A stretch of DNA of 64,000 bases. Origin: Alphaproteobacteria bacterium. Its GTDB lineage: Bacteria; Pseudomonadota; Alphaproteobacteria; JAAXGF01. Shown here one piece after another: positions 1 to 11,238 of this stretch; the first letter of the stretch is position 1, and every line of letters starts with the position of its first letter. A program made the translations under genes and the position numbers. The notes below the pieces were generated by a model that worked only from the letters and a program-made list of their open reading frames with translations, did not search any database and was not told the origin of the DNA. The stretch is from contig CBDCME010000065.1 of assembly GCA_965218865.1 (NCBI GenBank), positions 1,156 through 65,155 on the forward strand, given 5' to 3'.

Positions 1-118
1 TCCGGTTCAGCCCCCCTTCTCTCCCGCTTCGGCCACGCCATCGAAAACGTCCGTCTTGCGGACCGCGCAATGGTGCGCTACAGGGGTCCAACGCGGCGCG
101 AAATTCGGAGACCGGGGT

Positions 119-388
119 ATGAACGTGGACGGACTCTTAGCGGTGTTGATCGGGCTGGGATTCGGACTTGCCGCGATCAGCTGTTTATCGGACAGCGAGT
201 CCGTAAGAATTTGGACGGCCGTCATTTTCATCGTCGGGTTGCCGGGGTGGTATTTGCTCGACAGCCGCCTCCTCGCCCGGAGTCACGGCGGCGTGGCAGG
301 CCGGAAGCCGAAGGGTTTGTTCGCCACCGTCTGGCTCGCCTTCGCGATCACTCTCCTGGTCCTGGCCCGCTCCGCCGTGGCGCCCTGA
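119..388 (+). CDS. small membrane protein, about 3 TM helices
   Basis: ATG at 119; three hydrophobic segments; converges on rlmN. Confidence 0.55.
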   Translation: MNVDGLLAVLIGLGFGLAAISCLSDSESVRIWTAVIFIVGLPGWYLLDSRLLARSHGGVAGRKPKGLFATVWLAFAITLLVLARSAVAP

Positions 389-405
389 GGCGCGGCGGCC
401 CGAGA

Positions 406-1554
406 CTACGCTGGCACGGAGGGAGACGGCGGGCCGCGGCGCCGGACGCTGGCGGACTTGAGCTGGCCGCAGGCGGCCAGGATGTCGCGCCCCCGCGGGG
501 TCCGCACGGGGGCGGAGTAACCGCCGGCGTTGATGATTCCGGCGAAAGTTTCGATCGCTTCCGGGGTCGCGCAATCGAAGGGCGCGCCGGGCCAGGGGTT
601 GAAGGGAATCAGATTTATCTTGGCCGGAATTCCGGCGATGAGACGAAGCAAGTGTCGTGCCTCCGCCGGGGAATCGTTGACGCCCTTGAGCATGACGTAT
701 TCGAAGGTGATTCGCCGGGCGTTGCTCCCGGCCGGATACTCCCGGCAAGCGGCGAGCAGGGCGTCGATGCCGTACTTGCAATTCAGCGGCACCAGTTCGT
801 CGCGCAAGGCGTCGGTGACGGCGTGGAGCGAGACCGCGAGATTGACCCCGAGCTCACTTCCGCAGCGGCGAATTTCCGGCACCACGCCGGCCGTCGACAG
901 GGTGATGCGCCGGCGCGATAGGGAAATCCCCTCGGCGTCCATGATGATTTTCAGGGCGGTGGCGACGTTATCGTAATTGAATAGGGGCTCGCCCATTCCC
1001 ATCACGACGACGTTCGATATCAGGCGCTCTTCCTTCGGGGACGGCCACTCGCCCAGGACATCGCGCGCCAGCATCACCTGGCCGACGATCTCGGCCGCCC
1101 CCAGGTTGCGCACCAGCCCCTGGGTCCCGGTATGGCAGAAGCGGCAGGTCAGGGTGCAGCCCACCTGCGACGAAAGGCACAGCGCGCCGCGATCGGTTTC
1201 GGGGATGTACACTGATTCGGCCTCGCGGCCATCGCCGAACCGGAGCAGCCATTTGCGCGTCCCGTCGTCCGACAACTGGCTCCGGGCGACGCCGGGACGG
1301 CCAATCACGCAGCTCTCCGCGAGGCCCCGTCGGAACACCTTCGACAAGTTCGTCATGGCCGCGAAATCGGTGACGCCGCGGTAGTAAATCCAATGCCAAA
1401 GCTGCCCGGCCCGGAACGGCTTCTCGCCGCGGGCGGCCATCTCGGCGGCGAGCGCGGTCCGGCTCAATCCCAAGAGGTCGGTTCGTTCGTCCCCGGAAAC
1501 GCCGGGCGGCGGAGTGGAGGGGGTCATCATGTTTTTTCGTGCTGTCGGTGCCAT
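406..1554 (-). CDS. rlmN: 23S rRNA/tRNA m2A methyltransferase RlmN
   Basis: Radical-SAM motif [15 protein letters not shown]-terminal AACGQL; start uncertain (1530-1581). Confidence 0.95.
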   Translation of the reverse strand: MAPTARKNMMTPSTPPPGVSGDERTDLLGLSRTALAAEMAARGEKPFRAGQLWHWIYYRGVTDFAAMTNLSKVFRRGLAESCVIGRPGVARSQLSDDGTRKWLLRFGDGREAESVYIPETDRGALCLSSQVGCTLTCRFCHTGTQGLVRNLGAAEIVGQVMLARDVLGEWPSPKEERLISNVVVMGMGEPLFNYDNVATALKIIMDAEGISLSRRRITLSTAGVVPEIRRCGSELGVNLAVSLHAVTDALRDELVPLNCKYGIDALLAACREYPAGSNARRITFEYVMLKGVNDSPAEARHLLRLIAGIPAKINLIPFNPWPGAPFDCATPEAIETFAGIINAGGYSAPVRTPRGRDILAACGQLKSASVRRRGPPSPSVPA

Positions 1555-1580
1555 CGTTCGCCGCCCACCAAAAGAAGGCA

Positions 1581-2099
1581 CTACTTGGCGGAACAGACCT
1601 TGTCGATCGCGCCGTAAGCCTTGGTGAAGCCCAACAGGGAGTAGCTGTCGGTCGTCAGCGTACCACGGCTAGAGGTCCCCCTGACGCTCATGGTCCGACC
1701 GGCCTTCATGGCTTTCACGAGTTTGCCGTCGTCGCCTTCCGAGGCCCAGGCGTTTCCGGCCTCGGTAAAGAGAACGAACCGTTTCTTGCCGATGCCGACG
1801 GTGACGGTGCTGTCCTTCTTGTAGGTATATCCCGTCTCGAAGCTGACCTCGCCGCGAACGCCGCCGTCACCCGCGCGGTGGGTGACGTAGGCAAAGATAT
1901 CGCCCCGCCGGGTGTAGTTTCCCTCGGACCTGGACGGTTGGCTGGAAATAAAGCAGATTTTCGAACCGCCCGATCCAATGACGTAGGCGGTCCAGTTTCT
2001 GAATACGTCCAAGACCTCGATATCCGCGGCCGGCGCGGGCGCGGAATTGAGCATGACGGCAACAGCCACGAGAAACGTGCGCAAACGCGATCGCATCAT
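1581..2099 (-). CDS. invasion-associated locus B (IalB)-family secreted protein
   Basis: Signal peptide, W..Y/C pattern, SLLGFTKA...C terminus; usual alphaproteobacterial neighbour of rlmN. Confidence 0.8.
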   Translation of the reverse strand: MMRSRLRTFLVAVAVMLNSAPAPAADIEVLDVFRNWTAYVIGSGGSKICFISSQPSRSEGNYTRRGDIFAYVTHRAGDGGVRGEVSFETGYTYKKDSTVTVGIGKKRFVLFTEAGNAWASEGDDGKLVKAMKAGRTMSVRGTSSRGTLTTDSYSLLGFTKAYGAIDKVCSAK

Positions 2100-2193
2100 C
2101 CTGCCGCCAAGGATAACAATCGTCGCCGGCTCACGCTAGATGTGTTACGCGGCGGAAACCGACGTTGCCGCCCCACGTCGTCCCCAAGCGCCC

Positions 2194-2658
2194 TCACCCT
2201 CGGCCTCGGTAGGAAGGGACGCCGGGATCGGGAATCCACAGCCCTTCCGGAGGTGTCCCAGTCTGAAAAAACACGTCGATCGGAATGCCGCCACGAGGAT
2301 ACCAGTAGCCCCCGATACGCAACCATTCGGGCGTCAGAACATCCATCAGGCGGCGGGCAATCATCATCGTGCAGGCTTCGTGGAAGGCCCCATGATCGCG
2401 GAACGCGGTGAGGAAGAGCTTGAGCGACTTACTCTCAAGCAGGCATTCTCGGGGCACGTAATCGATGACCAAGTGGGCAAAATCCGGCTGACCCGTGACC
2501 GGGCACAGGGCGGTGAATTCGGGACAAGTGAAACGGACCAGGTAACGGCTCCCCGGCTCGGGATTGGGAACGGTTTCCAGCACCGCCTCGTCCGGCGAAT
2601 CGGCCGCCGCGACGGTGGCGCCGAGCTGGCGCAAAACGATATCCCCCGGCTGGCCCAT
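2194..2658 (-). CDS. queF: preQ0 reductase QueF (type I)
   Basis: [31 protein letters not shown]; ATG overlaps the upstream TGA. Confidence 0.95.
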   Translation of the reverse strand: MGQPGDIVLRQLGATVAAADSPDEAVLETVPNPEPGSRYLVRFTCPEFTALCPVTGQPDFAHLVIDYVPRECLLESKSLKLFLTAFRDHGAFHEACTMMIARRLMDVLTPEWLRIGGYWYPRGGIPIDVFFQTGTPPEGLWIPDPGVPSYRGRG

Positions 2659-3212
2659 CAGGCCGATCTTCTCGCCGTCGCCGGCTTTGCTGCCCGACGC
2701 CGCTTGGGCATCCCGAAAACGTGCTTGGGCGGCGGCTCCTTTGGTCCGCCGGGGAGCAGGGGTCGGGGCGCAAATTGCCCGAGGCTCGCAAGCCGGTCGT
2801 ACATGACCACGGTGCCGGCGCTGACGACGTTGACGCAAAACCGTGTTGGAATACGGACCAAGTGGTCGCAGCGGGCCAGCAATTCGGGCGAAAGCGTGCC
2901 CCGCTCGGGACCCAGCACGTAGGCGGCGCAGCGTGGGTGGCGAAAGCTCGGCAAGGCGATCGCGTCATCGACGATCTCGATCCCCACCAGGGCGGATCCC
3001 CGTGGCAGAACCAGGCTGGCCGCGTCCGAGAACTCGTAAAAGGGCAGGTTCCGCTGGGCGTCCGAGGTGTCGGACTTGGATTTTTGGAGCGGTTTCGCGG
3101 CGTTGATCGTGAACACGAACTTGGCGTCGAACGCGTTGGCGGCGCGAAACAGGTTGCCGAGGTTCATTTCCTTGCTGATTCCCTCGACGCCGATGGCAAA
3201 GTAACCACGCAT
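2658..3212 (-). CDS. SpoU/TrmH-family RNA methyltransferase
   Basis: NLGNLFR, VLGPERG, CVNV SPOUT motifs. Confidence 0.9.
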   Translation of the reverse strand: MRGYFAIGVEGISKEMNLGNLFRAANAFDAKFVFTINAAKPLQKSKSDTSDAQRNLPFYEFSDAASLVLPRGSALVGIEIVDDAIALPSFRHPRCAAYVLGPERGTLSPELLARCDHLVRIPTRFCVNVVSAGTVVMYDRLASLGQFAPRPLLPGGPKEPPPKHVFGMPKRRRAAKPATARRSA

Positions 3213-3303
3213 GGGCAAAGCGTGCCTCGCGGTGGCCCCGAAGGCAAGCACCAAACCAAGCGGGCGGCGCCGGGAGCCGCCGGAAACGCCGGCGACCGCC
3301 GCC

Positions 3304-5274
3304 TCACGTCATCAGTTCGGGCAGATCGCGGAATTGATCCAGCGATTCTGGATTGGCCAGGGCGTCGGTGTTTTCGACGGCGCGGCCATGGATCACCTTG
3401 CGCACGGCGAGCTCGACCACCTTGCCCGATATCGTGCGCGGCACGTCGTCGATCTGAATGATCTTGGCCGGGACGTGGCGCGGGGTCGTGTTGTCTCGGA
3501 TCCGCTTTCGTACCCTTTTCGTCAGCGCCTCGTCCAAAGACAGTCCTGGGCGCAATTTGACGAACAGGACGACACGGGTGTCGTCCTTCCAGTCCTGACC
3601 GACGACGACGCTGTCGACGACCTCGTCGATCATCTCGACCTCCCGGTAAATCTCGGAGGTGCCGATTCGGACCCCGCCGGGGTTCAGGACCGCGTCCGAA
3701 CGGCCGTGATAAACGATCCCATCGTGTGCGCTGAGTTCGACGTAATCCCCATGGTGCCAAGCGTTGGGAAAACGGGCGAAATAGGTCGCTCGGTAGGTGG
3801 CGTCGTCAGGATCGTTCCAAAAACCGATCGGCATCGACGGGAAAGGCTTGGTGCAAACGAGCTCGCCCTTTTCCCCGCGAAGCGAACGGCCATCGTTGTC
3901 GAACACCTCGACCTTCATGCCCAGGCCTCGGGTCTGCAGTTCCCCCCGCCAGACCGGCGCGATCGGGTTGCCCAAGGCAAAACAAGAGATGATGTCGGTG
4001 CCACCGCCGATCGACGACAGCCGGGCCCCGGGAGCAACCTCGCCGTTGACGAAGTCGAACAGTTCGGGGGCCAACGGAGAGCCGGTCGAGAGGACTGTCC
4101 TTATCCGACTCAGATCGTGGCTATCCCTCGGCGTCATTCCCTCCTTCGCAACGGTCGAGAGGAACTTGGGCGAGGTCCCAAAGACGGTGATCCCCTCGCG
4201 CTCGGCCAGATCGAACAGGACCTCGCCGCCGGCGACCATCGGCGAGCCCTCGTAGAGGACGATCCTCGCGCCCGAGGCCAGTCCGCTGACAAGCCAATTC
4301 CACATCATCCAGCCGCAGGTCGTGAAATAGAACAGGGCGTCACCGGGCTTGAGGTCGGTATGGAGCTGATGTTCCTTGAGATGTTGGATGAGCGTACCAC
4401 CGGCGCCGTGGACGATGCACTTGGGCGCCCCGGTGGTCCCCGACGAGTATAGAATGTAAAGCGGGTGATCGAACGGCAGTTGGGCAAAATCGATCTCGCC
4501 GCCGGTTGACGTCGTGAGGTATTCGGCGAACGTGACGGCATCCCGTAGGCCACCCAGTTCCGGTTGTCCGCGGCGATACGGCGTGATGACCGTACGCCGC
4601 AGCCCGGGCAATTCGCTCAGAATTTCGGATACGCGCTCGAGGCAGTCGATTTCTTTCCCGTTGTAGAAATAGCCATCGGCGGCAAACAGCACCTTCGGCG
4701 CGATCTGGCCAAAGCGTTCGAGAACACCGCGGGTCCCGAAATCCGGGGAGCACGACGACCACGCCGCGCCCAGGCTGGCGGCGGCCAGCATGGCGACGAC
4801 CGTTTCCGGAATGTTGGGCATAAAGCCGACGACCCGATCGCCCGCTTGGATGCCATCGGCCCTCAACCCAACAACCAAGCGCGATACCTGGTCGTAGAGC
4901 TGCTCAAACGTGAGATATCGCCGCTTTCCCGTCTCGTCCAAAAAAACGATCGCGGGCGCCTCGTCACGCCGGCGCAACAGGTTTTCGGCGAAATTGAGCC
5001 GCGCGCCCGGAAACCATTTCGCGCCCGGCATCAGCTCCCCGTCGACGACAATGGTCGAAGCCTCCCGCGAGGCGACGATGCCCGTGAACGACCACACACT
5101 CGACCAGAATTTCTCGATGTTGTCGATCGACCACCGGTAAAGGTCCGGGTAGCCGGACAGACTGATCCCCCACCGATTCTCGACGCCGCGGTGGAAGGCG
5201 GTCATGTTCGCACCTTCGACGCCCTCGGCCGAAGGCACCCAGAGAGGGGTATTCCTCGAATCGCTTTCAGCCAA
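3304..5274 (-). CDS. acetoacetate-CoA ligase
   Basis: YSSGTTGAPK AMP-binding motif, GWMMWNWL, GRSDAVLNPGGVRIG. Confidence 0.92.
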   Translation of the reverse strand: MAESDSRNTPLWVPSAEGVEGANMTAFHRGVENRWGISLSGYPDLYRWSIDNIEKFWSSVWSFTGIVASREASTIVVDGELMPGAKWFPGARLNFAENLLRRRDEAPAIVFLDETGKRRYLTFEQLYDQVSRLVVGLRADGIQAGDRVVGFMPNIPETVVAMLAAASLGAAWSSCSPDFGTRGVLERFGQIAPKVLFAADGYFYNGKEIDCLERVSEILSELPGLRRTVITPYRRGQPELGGLRDAVTFAEYLTTSTGGEIDFAQLPFDHPLYILYSSGTTGAPKCIVHGAGGTLIQHLKEHQLHTDLKPGDALFYFTTCGWMMWNWLVSGLASGARIVLYEGSPMVAGGEVLFDLAEREGITVFGTSPKFLSTVAKEGMTPRDSHDLSRIRTVLSTGSPLAPELFDFVNGEVAPGARLSSIGGGTDIISCFALGNPIAPVWRGELQTRGLGMKVEVFDNDGRSLRGEKGELVCTKPFPSMPIGFWNDPDDATYRATYFARFPNAWHHGDYVELSAHDGIVYHGRSDAVLNPGGVRIGTSEIYREVEMIDEVVDSVVVGQDWKDDTRVVLFVKLRPGLSLDEALTKRVRKRIRDNTTPRHVPAKIIQIDDVPRTISGKVVELAVRKVIHGRAVENTDALANPESLDQFRDLPELMT

Positions 5275-5719
5275 AGTCCAGTGTCTTCACCATGACGACC
5301 GATCGGCGCTGAAACAGCGCCTTTTGACGAGGGCATCATATCCCACCATCGTTTTTATTTTCCATCACCGTTTTTTAAAAATTAGCCGTAACGACACGAG
5401 CATCGCCAACCCCAAATGTGCGAAAAATTCCGGACCCTACTGCCCCGCATTTCGGCCGCAAAAATGTTCCGATTCCTGAAGTCGAGGAAACGACCGAAGG
5501 GCAACGCGATAACCCGAAGTTCGTAAAGGTCCGCGCGGCGAAAATTTCGGCGGAATTTGCGCCGTTTCCGACGTTTTTGACGAGAATCGACAGCGCTAAC
5601 TTCGGATTATGGTGCTGTTTAAGCGAGAAAATGGAGACAGATGTTGGCCAGATGACGCTTAATCGGGGACGAAGATTGAGGTAACAGAGGCAGAACAAAC
5701 TTGAGGAAGGGGGATTATT

Positions 5720-5993
5720 ATGGGCAAAACAGCCTTTATGGGTTGCGAAGAAGGGAAAGCTCGGCAAGGCGGAGGCCAAGCGCGTTGTCGAATGGGTGTT
5801 CGGGGAAATCGCGGCCGGTCTGATGGCCTCGAAGCAAGACGGGAGGTACATGATCGGCACGTTGGCCACGTTTTCGATCACCACACAAAAAAACCACACG
5901 GGCCGCAATCCTCGCACCGGAGAAGCGATCAAGGCGTCCAAGAGCCTGCGCTTCAAGCCAGCAAGAAACCTCAAAAAGGCGGCGGGGTGCTAG
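5720..5993 (+). pseudogene. HU/IHF-family DNA-binding protein, frameshifted
   Basis: MGKTAF, then a frame change to AKKGKLGKAEAKRVVEWVF...GRNPRTGEAIKASKSLRFKP. Confidence 0.8.
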
Positions 5994-6145
5994 GCGACGT
6001 CACCGGCTGATCCGCAACCCGGCACACGGTCGAAATTCGAGCCGATTTCGACTGCTCGACCCCCGCTACCTGCCGTCAATCGCCGGGTCTTATGACGGAG
6101 AGTTTTGACCCAAAGCAGCCCATGAGCCATGCAAACCGCCATGCT

Positions 6146-7056
6146 CTCGCCACGGAACAGACCCGCATGACCGTGCTCACGAGGGCCAGTTCGTTCATTG
6201 ACGACAGGAGAACTCGACCCATGTGACCATTAAGGGCCCGAATCGGGTCTGCCTCCATGTGTGTTGCGATTGATCGAGGATCAGATGGAGTCATCCGGGG
6301 AATATTGGTTATCAGCTTATGAGTAGCGGCGGAGAGGGGAGTTGGCAGTGCACAAGCTGCTATGGTTGTTAACCGCCATGCTTCTCGCTCCCCCCGCCGC
6401 TGACGGTGAAGCAAAGAAGCCGAAGTCCGAAGGTGAGCGTGGGAATATCAACGTCCCCCGGAGAGCGGCCGTTTGACAAAGTCAACATTTTCGGCGACTT
6501 AGGCAAAATATTTAGATTGCCGAATACGGAGGAGAATAAGATTTGGTGGGAACGCATGATACGTGGGGAGGTTGGAAAAGATCGCTTCCTTATTCTTTGC
6601 TCTCTGAAAGATGGAAATTGGAAAAGCCTGGCTGACATACGCACTTACCTTGAATTTACAATCCGAAAAACTTATTCGTTTAAGAAGTTGTCAAAGATGC
6701 TTGTCCTCATGTCTGATTCGCGCCGTTCCGCAATGGTTGGTTGGCCTTGTACCAAGCGTCCACCAGGGGACTTCATGAGTCCACCTGAGGACTTAACGAG
6801 TCGGCAAAGTGTAGCGGGAGAAGGTTGGCTGGGGAAAAACTCTAGCGGCGGGCCGTGGGGGATTGACTCAGAATGGAGAATAGGGCCGAGCGTGTATCCT
6901 CTTCTTTATTTCTTGCTGATGAGTTGCCCTGAGGATGACAGGTGTGAGTGATGGGCGGGGTCCGCGTGTGGCCCATCGCGTGTCAAGTCGAGTGGGCAAT
7001 TAACCTAGCGTCGGCATCTCAACAAGGTTCTATCATCGCCCCATCGCGAAGGTCTC
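6146..7056 (+). repeat. duplicated cassette copy 1 (leader + wHTH gene + trailer)
   Basis: Colinear with about 14318-15193, e.g. GAGGGCCAGTTCGTTCATTGACGACAGGAGAACTCGACCCATGTGACCATTAAGG in both. Confidence 0.9.
6342..6951 (+). pseudogene. signal-peptide winged-helix Cx5C protein, +1 frameshift
   Basis: TTG start, MAVHKLLWLLTAMLLA; C5 run at 6455-6459 versus C4 in the intact paralog; ends CPEDDRCE. Confidence 0.75.
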
Positions 7057-7166
7057 TTCTTGGCTATACCTTTCCGTCCGGATCACGTTTACAACAGACC
7101 CGCGATGCTGCCCAGACCGGACATTGCCCCGCTTCGTTCTCACTCGCCTTCTGGGTCCAGCGGCCC

Positions 7167-7664
7167 TCACATGCCCACGGCGCAGGCCTCTTCACTGGAA
7201 CACCAACGGTTGGCCCAACTAATCATCATGATGCGCGCTTCCTCCGAGGCCGGCACGATAAAAATTTTTCCATTGTCGTCGTATGCCCAATGCACAAGGT
7301 CCATTTCACTGAGCTGTTGAACCGCATGGGTGATAAGATCTTTGGGAATACCAGTCGCCAGGACCATGGCCTTGAGTGTGAAATTCGTAAAGGGTATCCG
7401 GCAAACGATCGTACGGAGCACCGGATCGGAATTGAGTTGAAATGCCATTTCGACTTCCCTCAGCATGCGGCCGGCCGTCGCCAAGGAATCCTGGTCGTAC
7501 CCCCAGGGATACTCGTCGCGGGGGTTCACCTCGGGGGCTTTATCGGCCTTACCTGCGGAGGCTCTTCCGGCCTTGCCCCGGGGGGCCTCATCCGCGGTCC
7601 CCGGAAGCGCCGCGAGAAAAACCATCGCGACTATCGCCGCACCAATTTTGGGCAGATATTTCAC
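7167..7664 (-). CDS. signal-peptide ArsR-like winged-helix Cx5C protein
   Basis: MKYLPKIGAAIVAMVFLAALP signal; SDPVLRTIVCRI...LVLATGIP-type HTH ...QLSEMDLV; WCSSEEAC. Confidence 0.75.
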   Translation of the reverse strand: MKYLPKIGAAIVAMVFLAALPGTADEAPRGKAGRASAGKADKAPEVNPRDEYPWGYDQDSLATAGRMLREVEMAFQLNSDPVLRTIVCRIPFTNFTLKAMVLATGIPKDLITHAVQQLSEMDLVHWAYDDNGKIFIVPASEEARIMMISWANRWCSSEEACAVGM

Positions 7665-7743
7665 CCTGGGTCGCGTCGATTGTTGTCGAGCCTAACGGAT
7701 CGCATGCAGAACTGAACGGCCCCGCGTCGTACAGTGTGTCATT

Positions 7744-9311
7744 AGTCGTCCGTGAAGAACCCTGATTTCAAGCTGAAGCGGCGATTGGGTTTGCGGTGGG
7801 GTGCGAGATGTCGCTGAGGAGCGCGGCCAGGATTTGGACAAACAAACGCCTCAGCCATTTGAGGACAAGGCGGTAGTTGTAGCCGGCGCCGGCGAGGATG
7901 GCGTTGATCTTGTCGCCGTCGCGGCCTTTGAGGAAGTTGCGCCCCAGCCTGCCATCGCTCTTGAGATGTCCGATCACGGCCTCGACGGCGGAGCGCCGCC
8001 TGAGCTCCTTCTTGATCGTCGGCGTGATGCCGCGTTTCTGGCCTGATCTAAAGACGCGGTGTTTGTTGGGGTAATCGTGGCCCTGGTATCCCTTGTCGAC
8101 ATAGATGCGCTCGGCCGATATCCCCGTCCAGCGTTCCATCTCTTCGATCACCTGCCTCAAGGTGTGGCCATCATAGGGATTGCCGTGGAAGGCCTTGACG
8201 TGGGCGACGAACTGGCCGCCGGGGGGGCGGGAATTGGTCGCCGCCACGGAGACCTTGCAGCCGAACTCGTACGGCTTGTGCGCCTTCCCTTTGCCGATGC
8301 ATTCGACCTCGGGCGCGTGGAGCGAATAGACCTTGGGCAAGGGGTCGCGCCGCTTCTGGGTCGACACCCGCTCGGCCAGCCACAAGGGGCGGCGGAAGGG
8401 ATCCCGTAGGCTCTCCTCCTGGGCCGTCTTGCGGCGGATGTCGCGGACGGTGCGCCCGAGATAGGTCTTGAGCTTGCGCAGGGCCTTGTTGGCCCGCTTG
8501 TGCTGTTTGGCATGGCGGTAGCGGCCTTGCATGATCAACGCCCTCTTGCCCAGGCGGGTATAGGACTGACGCAGGGCAATGCCGTGCTCCCGTGCCAGTC
8601 GCACCAGCCGCTCGCGGGCTCGTTGCATCAGTTTGGCGGCGGTCGGAAAGGCAATCGCCTTCTCTTGTACGGTGGTGTCCACCGTCACCCGCTCGAGGTC
8701 CTTCTCCCGCAGCGCCCCCACCCGGTGGGCCACGGCCAGGCTCTCCTGGAATACCTTCTCCAAACCTTCCGGCCCGATCCGGTCCCGCCACCGGGTCATC
8801 GACGAGCGCTCCATGGGCAGCTCATGCTGAAAGTACTCTTCGCCGCAGAAGCACTGGAAGTATGGGTCGTAGACCCAGCGCTCGCAGACCTCCTCATCCG
8901 AGAGATCGAACATATGCTTGAGGATGTGCAGCCCAACCATCAACCGCGTCGGGACCCCCGGCCGACCCTCCTCCGAATACAAGGCTTCATAGGTCTCGTC
9001 GAAGAAAGTCCACGCGATCCGGCCCCCCAACACCACCAACTCGTGGCGCAGGTTGATGATGTTTTCGAACCGCGAGCGGAACAGGTCCTCTATTCCCGAT
9101 GACACCTTGCGCGATGGCTTCATCACAGTTCTCCAATCCCAATCGACGGGAGCAGAGAATCACGTTCCGCAACGGAAGGGAATCCCCAAAATCAATTATT
9201 TCAAATCACAAGCTTTTCAGGCCCAAAACCCGTTTTCTTGCAAATCCGATTACTTCGCCAAACCGAAAGAACTACCAACATCAGCCGCTTACGCGTTCTT
9301 CACGGGCGACT
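7744..9311 (-). mobile_element. IS5-family element, copy 1
   Basis: Terminal IR AGTCGYCCGTGAAGAAC; no matching TSD. Confidence 0.92.
7768..9126 (-). CDS. IS5-family transposase
   Basis: VDTT, KPYEFG, VDKGY, RRSAVEAVIGHLK motifs. Confidence 0.93.
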   Translation of the reverse strand: MMKPSRKVSSGIEDLFRSRFENIINLRHELVVLGGRIAWTFFDETYEALYSEEGRPGVPTRLMVGLHILKHMFDLSDEEVCERWVYDPYFQCFCGEEYFQHELPMERSSMTRWRDRIGPEGLEKVFQESLAVAHRVGALREKDLERVTVDTTVQEKAIAFPTAAKLMQRARERLVRLAREHGIALRQSYTRLGKRALIMQGRYRHAKQHKRANKALRKLKTYLGRTVRDIRRKTAQEESLRDPFRRPLWLAERVSTQKRRDPLPKVYSLHAPEVECIGKGKAHKPYEFGCKVSVAATNSRPPGGQFVAHVKAFHGNPYDGHTLRQVIEEMERWTGISAERIYVDKGYQGHDYPNKHRVFRSGQKRGITPTIKKELRRRSAVEAVIGHLKSDGRLGRNFLKGRDGDKINAILAGAGYNYRLVLKWLRRLFVQILAALLSDISHPTANPIAASA

Positions 9312-9372
9312 ACTTAAATCGGCTTCAGCCGCACGAGCGCGCGGCAGTGCTGCGGCGACTGGCGGTGTAAGC

Positions 9373-9624
9373 TCATGAGCGGCGTCTCAGTTTGACTTCT
9401 CGCGACTTCCGCCTTGCTCTGCGGAAAAGCCAAATGGCAAGAGCAGTGCCATACCAGACGCAAACCAATCCTACGAAAACAAATGCAAGGAAAATAGAAT
9501 AATCCTCTTCCGTGACCGAGAATTTCCAGAACGAATCAAAGACCTCGAACGTAGCAATGAGAAAAGCCGCAGTTAAAATAAAACCAACTGTGCAAATCAG
9601 CGCGCCCAACAAAAATGATTTCAT
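9373..9624 (-). CDS. small 2-TM membrane protein
   Basis: Two hydrophobic helices and a basic tail; low-GC island. Confidence 0.55.
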   Translation of the reverse strand: MKSFLLGALICTVGFILTAAFLIATFEVFDSFWKFSVTEEDYSIFLAFVFVGLVCVWYGTALAIWLFRRARRKSREVKLRRRS

Positions 9625-9687
9625 GCTACAGCCTCCAATTGGTTACATCGGGTGCCAAGCGATAATAGTATGGGTGTTGGCGGACTA

Positions 9688-9924
9688 ATGGGCAAGGCCA
9701 GCCGTGACAAAGACCAACGCCGCGAGCGCCAGATCGTCCACCTTCATACAGAAATGGGGATCAAGGCCGAACGCGTGCCGCTCAGCGGGGCTTCCTGCTA
9801 CCAGAGCAACGGTGCCGACGTGGACATTTACGTGTTGGGGAAGGATGCGGCGCCGCTGGTTTCAGAAGTCAAGGCACGGGCTAACGGAGGAAAAAAATCA
9901 AACCTGCACGGGAAAAAGAATTAA
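9688..9924 (+). pseudogene. phage-type PD-(D/E)xK (Hjc-like) resolvase, truncated
   Basis: MGKASRDK..RRER, RVPLSGA, D..EVK motifs; ends soon after EVK. Confidence 0.65.
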
Positions 9925-10466
9925 CCGAATGCCGTAGTATCATCAAAGCCTCCTCGCTGACCAGCGGCGTACTTAATACAACGGTTACAAAGCCTGTTGC
10001 CAACGTGAAAACTTTTGAACGTTTTGCCGCATTGAAGGCAGCGGCGCTGTCCGATCACGCCTACCGACAAGGGCTTTTTAAATTCATATCGCGAACGGAT
10101 TAATCCCGTGGGGAAGGAGCGTCCTTTCAAAAGCCCCTGGTTCCTCAACCTACTGACGCGCGCTGATACTGATGATTGTTTGCGTCCTATCCTCTTGCCA
10201 ATTTCCCGGTAAACTAGTCCGCACCTATAAAACGCAATAAGCTGCTCATCTTCGTCCTTTGTCCAAGGCAAGCCGTCCGGCTTCAGCGGAACGTCGAAAT
10301 CATCGGTGATCACGTTCGTCGCGTCATACAGAGGCTTAATCATGTTACTGACGGTCGACGCAGGACGGCGAAGAATCTTACCAATCTCAGTCCACATCGT
10401 TCCGCCTTGACGCAGTTTTAGGGCGCGCGCCATCTCTTCCCTGGTCCAACTTCCCCTGGGAATCAT
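9921..10466 (-). CDS. tandem Myb/GcrA-like HTH protein with C4 zinc finger
   Basis: Two WT.EE/DE...EIGK repeats; CLQC...CNRC; RBS GGAGAG. Confidence 0.7.
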   Translation of the reverse strand: MIPRGSWTREEMARALKLRQGGTMWTEIGKILRRPASTVSNMIKPLYDATNVITDDFDVPLKPDGLPWTKDEDEQLIAFYRCGLVYREIGKRIGRKQSSVSARVSRLRNQGLLKGRSFPTGLIRSRYEFKKPLSVGVIGQRRCLQCGKTFKSFHVGNRLCNRCIKYAAGQRGGFDDTTAFG

Positions 10467-10612
10467 TTCTTCTCTCCAGGATGGAATTACGCCGCTCGCT
10501 GGCGAGGGCCGATGTTCGTACCGTTCATTTGCTATCAGACTTGACTGTGCCTTGCGCACCCCTCGTTCGAGGCGTTCTTGTTATTGACGTGGTACGCGGG
10601 CCACCGGTCGAA

Positions 10613-10822
10613 TCACTCTACGAGAAAGAGATTCGCCGCCGAGGATTCGCCCGGACGTTCCTGGACGATTTCGAACTTCACCCGCTGACCTTCATTAAGA
10701 GTGGTGAGACCGGCCGCTTCCACGGCAGTGATATGGACGAACACGTCCTGATCACCCCCCTCGGGCTCTATAAAACCGTAACCCTTTTGCGGATTGAACC
10801 ATTTTACGATTCCCACAGACAT
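10613..10822 (-). CDS. cspA: cold-shock protein
   Basis: [22 protein letters not shown]. Confidence 0.92.
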   Translation of the reverse strand: MSVGIVKWFNPQKGYGFIEPEGGDQDVFVHITAVEAAGLTTLNEGQRVKFEIVQERPGESSAANLFLVE

Positions 10823-11238
10823 AACAGCTCCCCAATTGAGAAAAAACCGGCCCGGGATTTCCCAGATGACACTAGCTGATTGCTGAAAATTGTAGCACAT
10901 ATGGAGGTTCAGAGGCGAATCGAGCTCTGATCGGGCACGTTCCACCACGTTTCGTGATCGAAAATATCGTTATTGGTTCAAACCGCGAGCTAAGGTTTTA
11001 CAGCGGAACGAGGAACGACAGCCTGAGCTATTTGAATCTCAGGCTGCCACTCTCACACTTCCTATTTTAACCGGGGACTCTTGCAGGAGTTATGTGGTTC
11101 CCCAGGCTTGCGATACCCGGATTCTCGGCACGATTCGTTCGTGGATCGATCCGTCGCCTCGCGGTAAGAAGACGAGGTCGTATTGTTCGAAACGCCGCGC
11201 TGGTCCATGGGCGCACGATTTTCCTCGACGACGACTAA

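Noticed and set aside
5410-5580. Repeated GCGAAAA(A)TT tracts upstream of HU
   Set aside because: Degenerate, with no consistent unit or period
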